IMG/VR virus record: IMGVR_UViG_3300033067_000125
Coordinates: 1 to 24,836 of that record
Length of the DNA: 24,836 bases
Origin: a virus
Taxonomy: Duplodnaviria > Caudoviricetes
Direction: 5' to 3' (one strand)
Numbering within the stretch: position 1 is the stretch's first letter; the number at the start of each line of letters is the position of its first letter. The position numbers and the translations under genes were made by a program. A model generated the notes under the pieces. It had not been told where the DNA came from. It searched no databases and was given only the letters and a program-made list of their open reading frames with translations. Positions 24,039-24,836 of this stretch are shown here, in pieces.

Positions 24039-24720
24039 TAATAGACCATTCTTTTACTAGATCAAAGTGGCGTTCATACACATGAAGACTACCAGCATTC
24101 CAGTGAAGATCACCAAGAGCATATACTGTATTAGACTTACCATTAACTGCTTGGAGTACTTCCTTATGAACATAATGTTGCCATGCAAAATCATTCTTAT
24201 AACCATATACAGCATCATTAGATCTCATGAAAACTGATGCATGCAATCTGCCATCGCGGATGTAGTACTGAGTTGAGTAAGTACACATGAAGTCAGACAT
24301 ACCATCACGCTTATAATCTTCATGCATTGTTGGACGAATGTAAATCATTGTTGCACGACGAGACAATGGTGATGCAACCAACTCATCTACAACTTTTACA
24401 AACTGATGATGATTATCTGCTGAGTAGATACACCAACCATAGTTTGAATTGATGCGACCATACTTATCTGCAACTTGTTTCCAGATTGCAGGTGCACCAC
24501 CAGGAATATCATTCACACATAATGAAAGTGAGCGATACCATTCAAGTTCACGTTTGACATAGTCTTGATTAATAACACCAAAGATTGATTCTTCATCAGC
24601 AATGAAAGATGCATTGATAATTTCAATAGTCTTTTGACCACCTTTATCTGTGACGTACTCATTGCGTTTGAGCATGTCTGCAAATTCAGAACGGATGTCA
24701 TGTACATAATTACGACGCAT
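24016..24720 (-). CDS. 42: dCMP hydroxymethylase (T4 gp42-like, thymidylate synthase fold)
   Basis: KTIEIINASF, RELEWY, INSNYGW, SRRA, GMSDFMCT (catalytic Cys), MRSND, KND (Asp at the cytosine-specificity position), GSLHVYERH; all match recalled T4 gp42. Confidence 0.95.
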   Translation of the reverse strand: MRRNYVHDIRSEFADMLKRNEYVTDKGGQKTIEIINASFIADEESIFGVINQDYVKRELEWYRSLSLCVNDIPGGAPAIWKQVADKYGRINSNYGWCIYSADNHHQFVKVVDELVASPLSRRATMIYIRPTMHEDYKRDGMSDFMCTYSTQYYIRDGRLHASVFMRSNDAVYGYKNDFAWQHYVHKEVLQAVNGKSNTVYALGDLHWNAGSLHVYERHFDLVKEWSINDEDKYA

Positions 24721-24836
24721 TATTTGATTTCCTTTTTATAACGATCATCACATTCTGGGTGCTCCATTTCATGGATCATGAGAATGATTAGTTGTGTAGT
24801 TGCATGAGCAAGGTGTGATTGGCCTGATTCAGGGTC
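24720..24836 (-). CDS. C-terminus of a putative dNTP diphosphohydrolase (DUF5664-like), partial
   Basis: Manual translation DPESGQSHLAHATTQLIILMIHEMEHPECDDRYKKEIK*. DPESGxxHLAHA is the motif I recall for this family; the stop overlaps the gp42 start (TAATG). Confidence 0.65.
   Translation of the reverse strand, partial: DPESGQSHLAHATTQLIILMIHEMEHPECDDRYKKEIK

Noticed and set aside
24016-24720. Calling the TS-fold gene thyA or a dUMP hydroxymethylase
   Set aside because: It matches gp42 motifs, has Asp at the specificity position (KND), sits in the same cassette as an AGT homologue, and thyX already supplies dTMP.
1-24836. Stop-codon reassignment (none of the called genes ends in TAG)
   Set aside because: All genes are full length in the standard code with no in-frame TAG, and TAG is generally rare in AT-rich T4-like phages.
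1-24836. tRNA genes, CRISPR arrays, IS elements or long DNA repeats
   Set aside because: Intergenic gaps are short and accounted for by promoters and terminators; no repeat-spacer pattern, cloverleaf or transposase was seen by eye.

Overview
A gene-dense, AT-rich segment of a large T4-like (myovirus-type) phage genome. Every credible gene is on the minus strand, so transcription runs from right to left. An embedded lipoprotein spanin indicates a Gram-negative host. In transcription order: (1) 24836-21176, a tightly coupled cytosine-hypermodification cassette (partial dNTP diphosphohydrolase-like gene, gp42-like dCMP hydroxymethylase, dCMP deaminase, T4 alpha-glucosyltransferase homologue, and a divergent C5-methyltransferase-fold enzyme with a degenerate SAM motif); (2) 21135-15909, uvsX, a gene in the gp40 position, gp41 helicase, small ORFs, thyX and an NDP-sugar epimerase; (3) 15775-14528, small early genes behind a sigma70-type promoter; (4) 14464-4421, a late (TATAAATA) operon with a PD-(D/E)xK nuclease-like gene, an RNA/DNA-ligase-motif protein, an HxGH nucleotidyltransferase, several proteins with capsid-targeting-like N-termini, two long modular polyproteins punctuated by prohead-protease-like (L/I/V)xE linkers, an overprinted Lys/Ala/Pro-rich gene and nested spanins; (5) 4326-1, nrdA, nrdB, glutaredoxin, two Cys-rich mini-ORFs and a partial GIY-YIG nuclease. 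The two best candidates for new biology are the hmC cassette containing a C5-MTase that should have no normal substrate, and the putative capsid-packaged, protease-released cargo system, one module of which also exists as a free-standing early gene. All calls come from reading motifs and from recalled family sequences; no database search was run.
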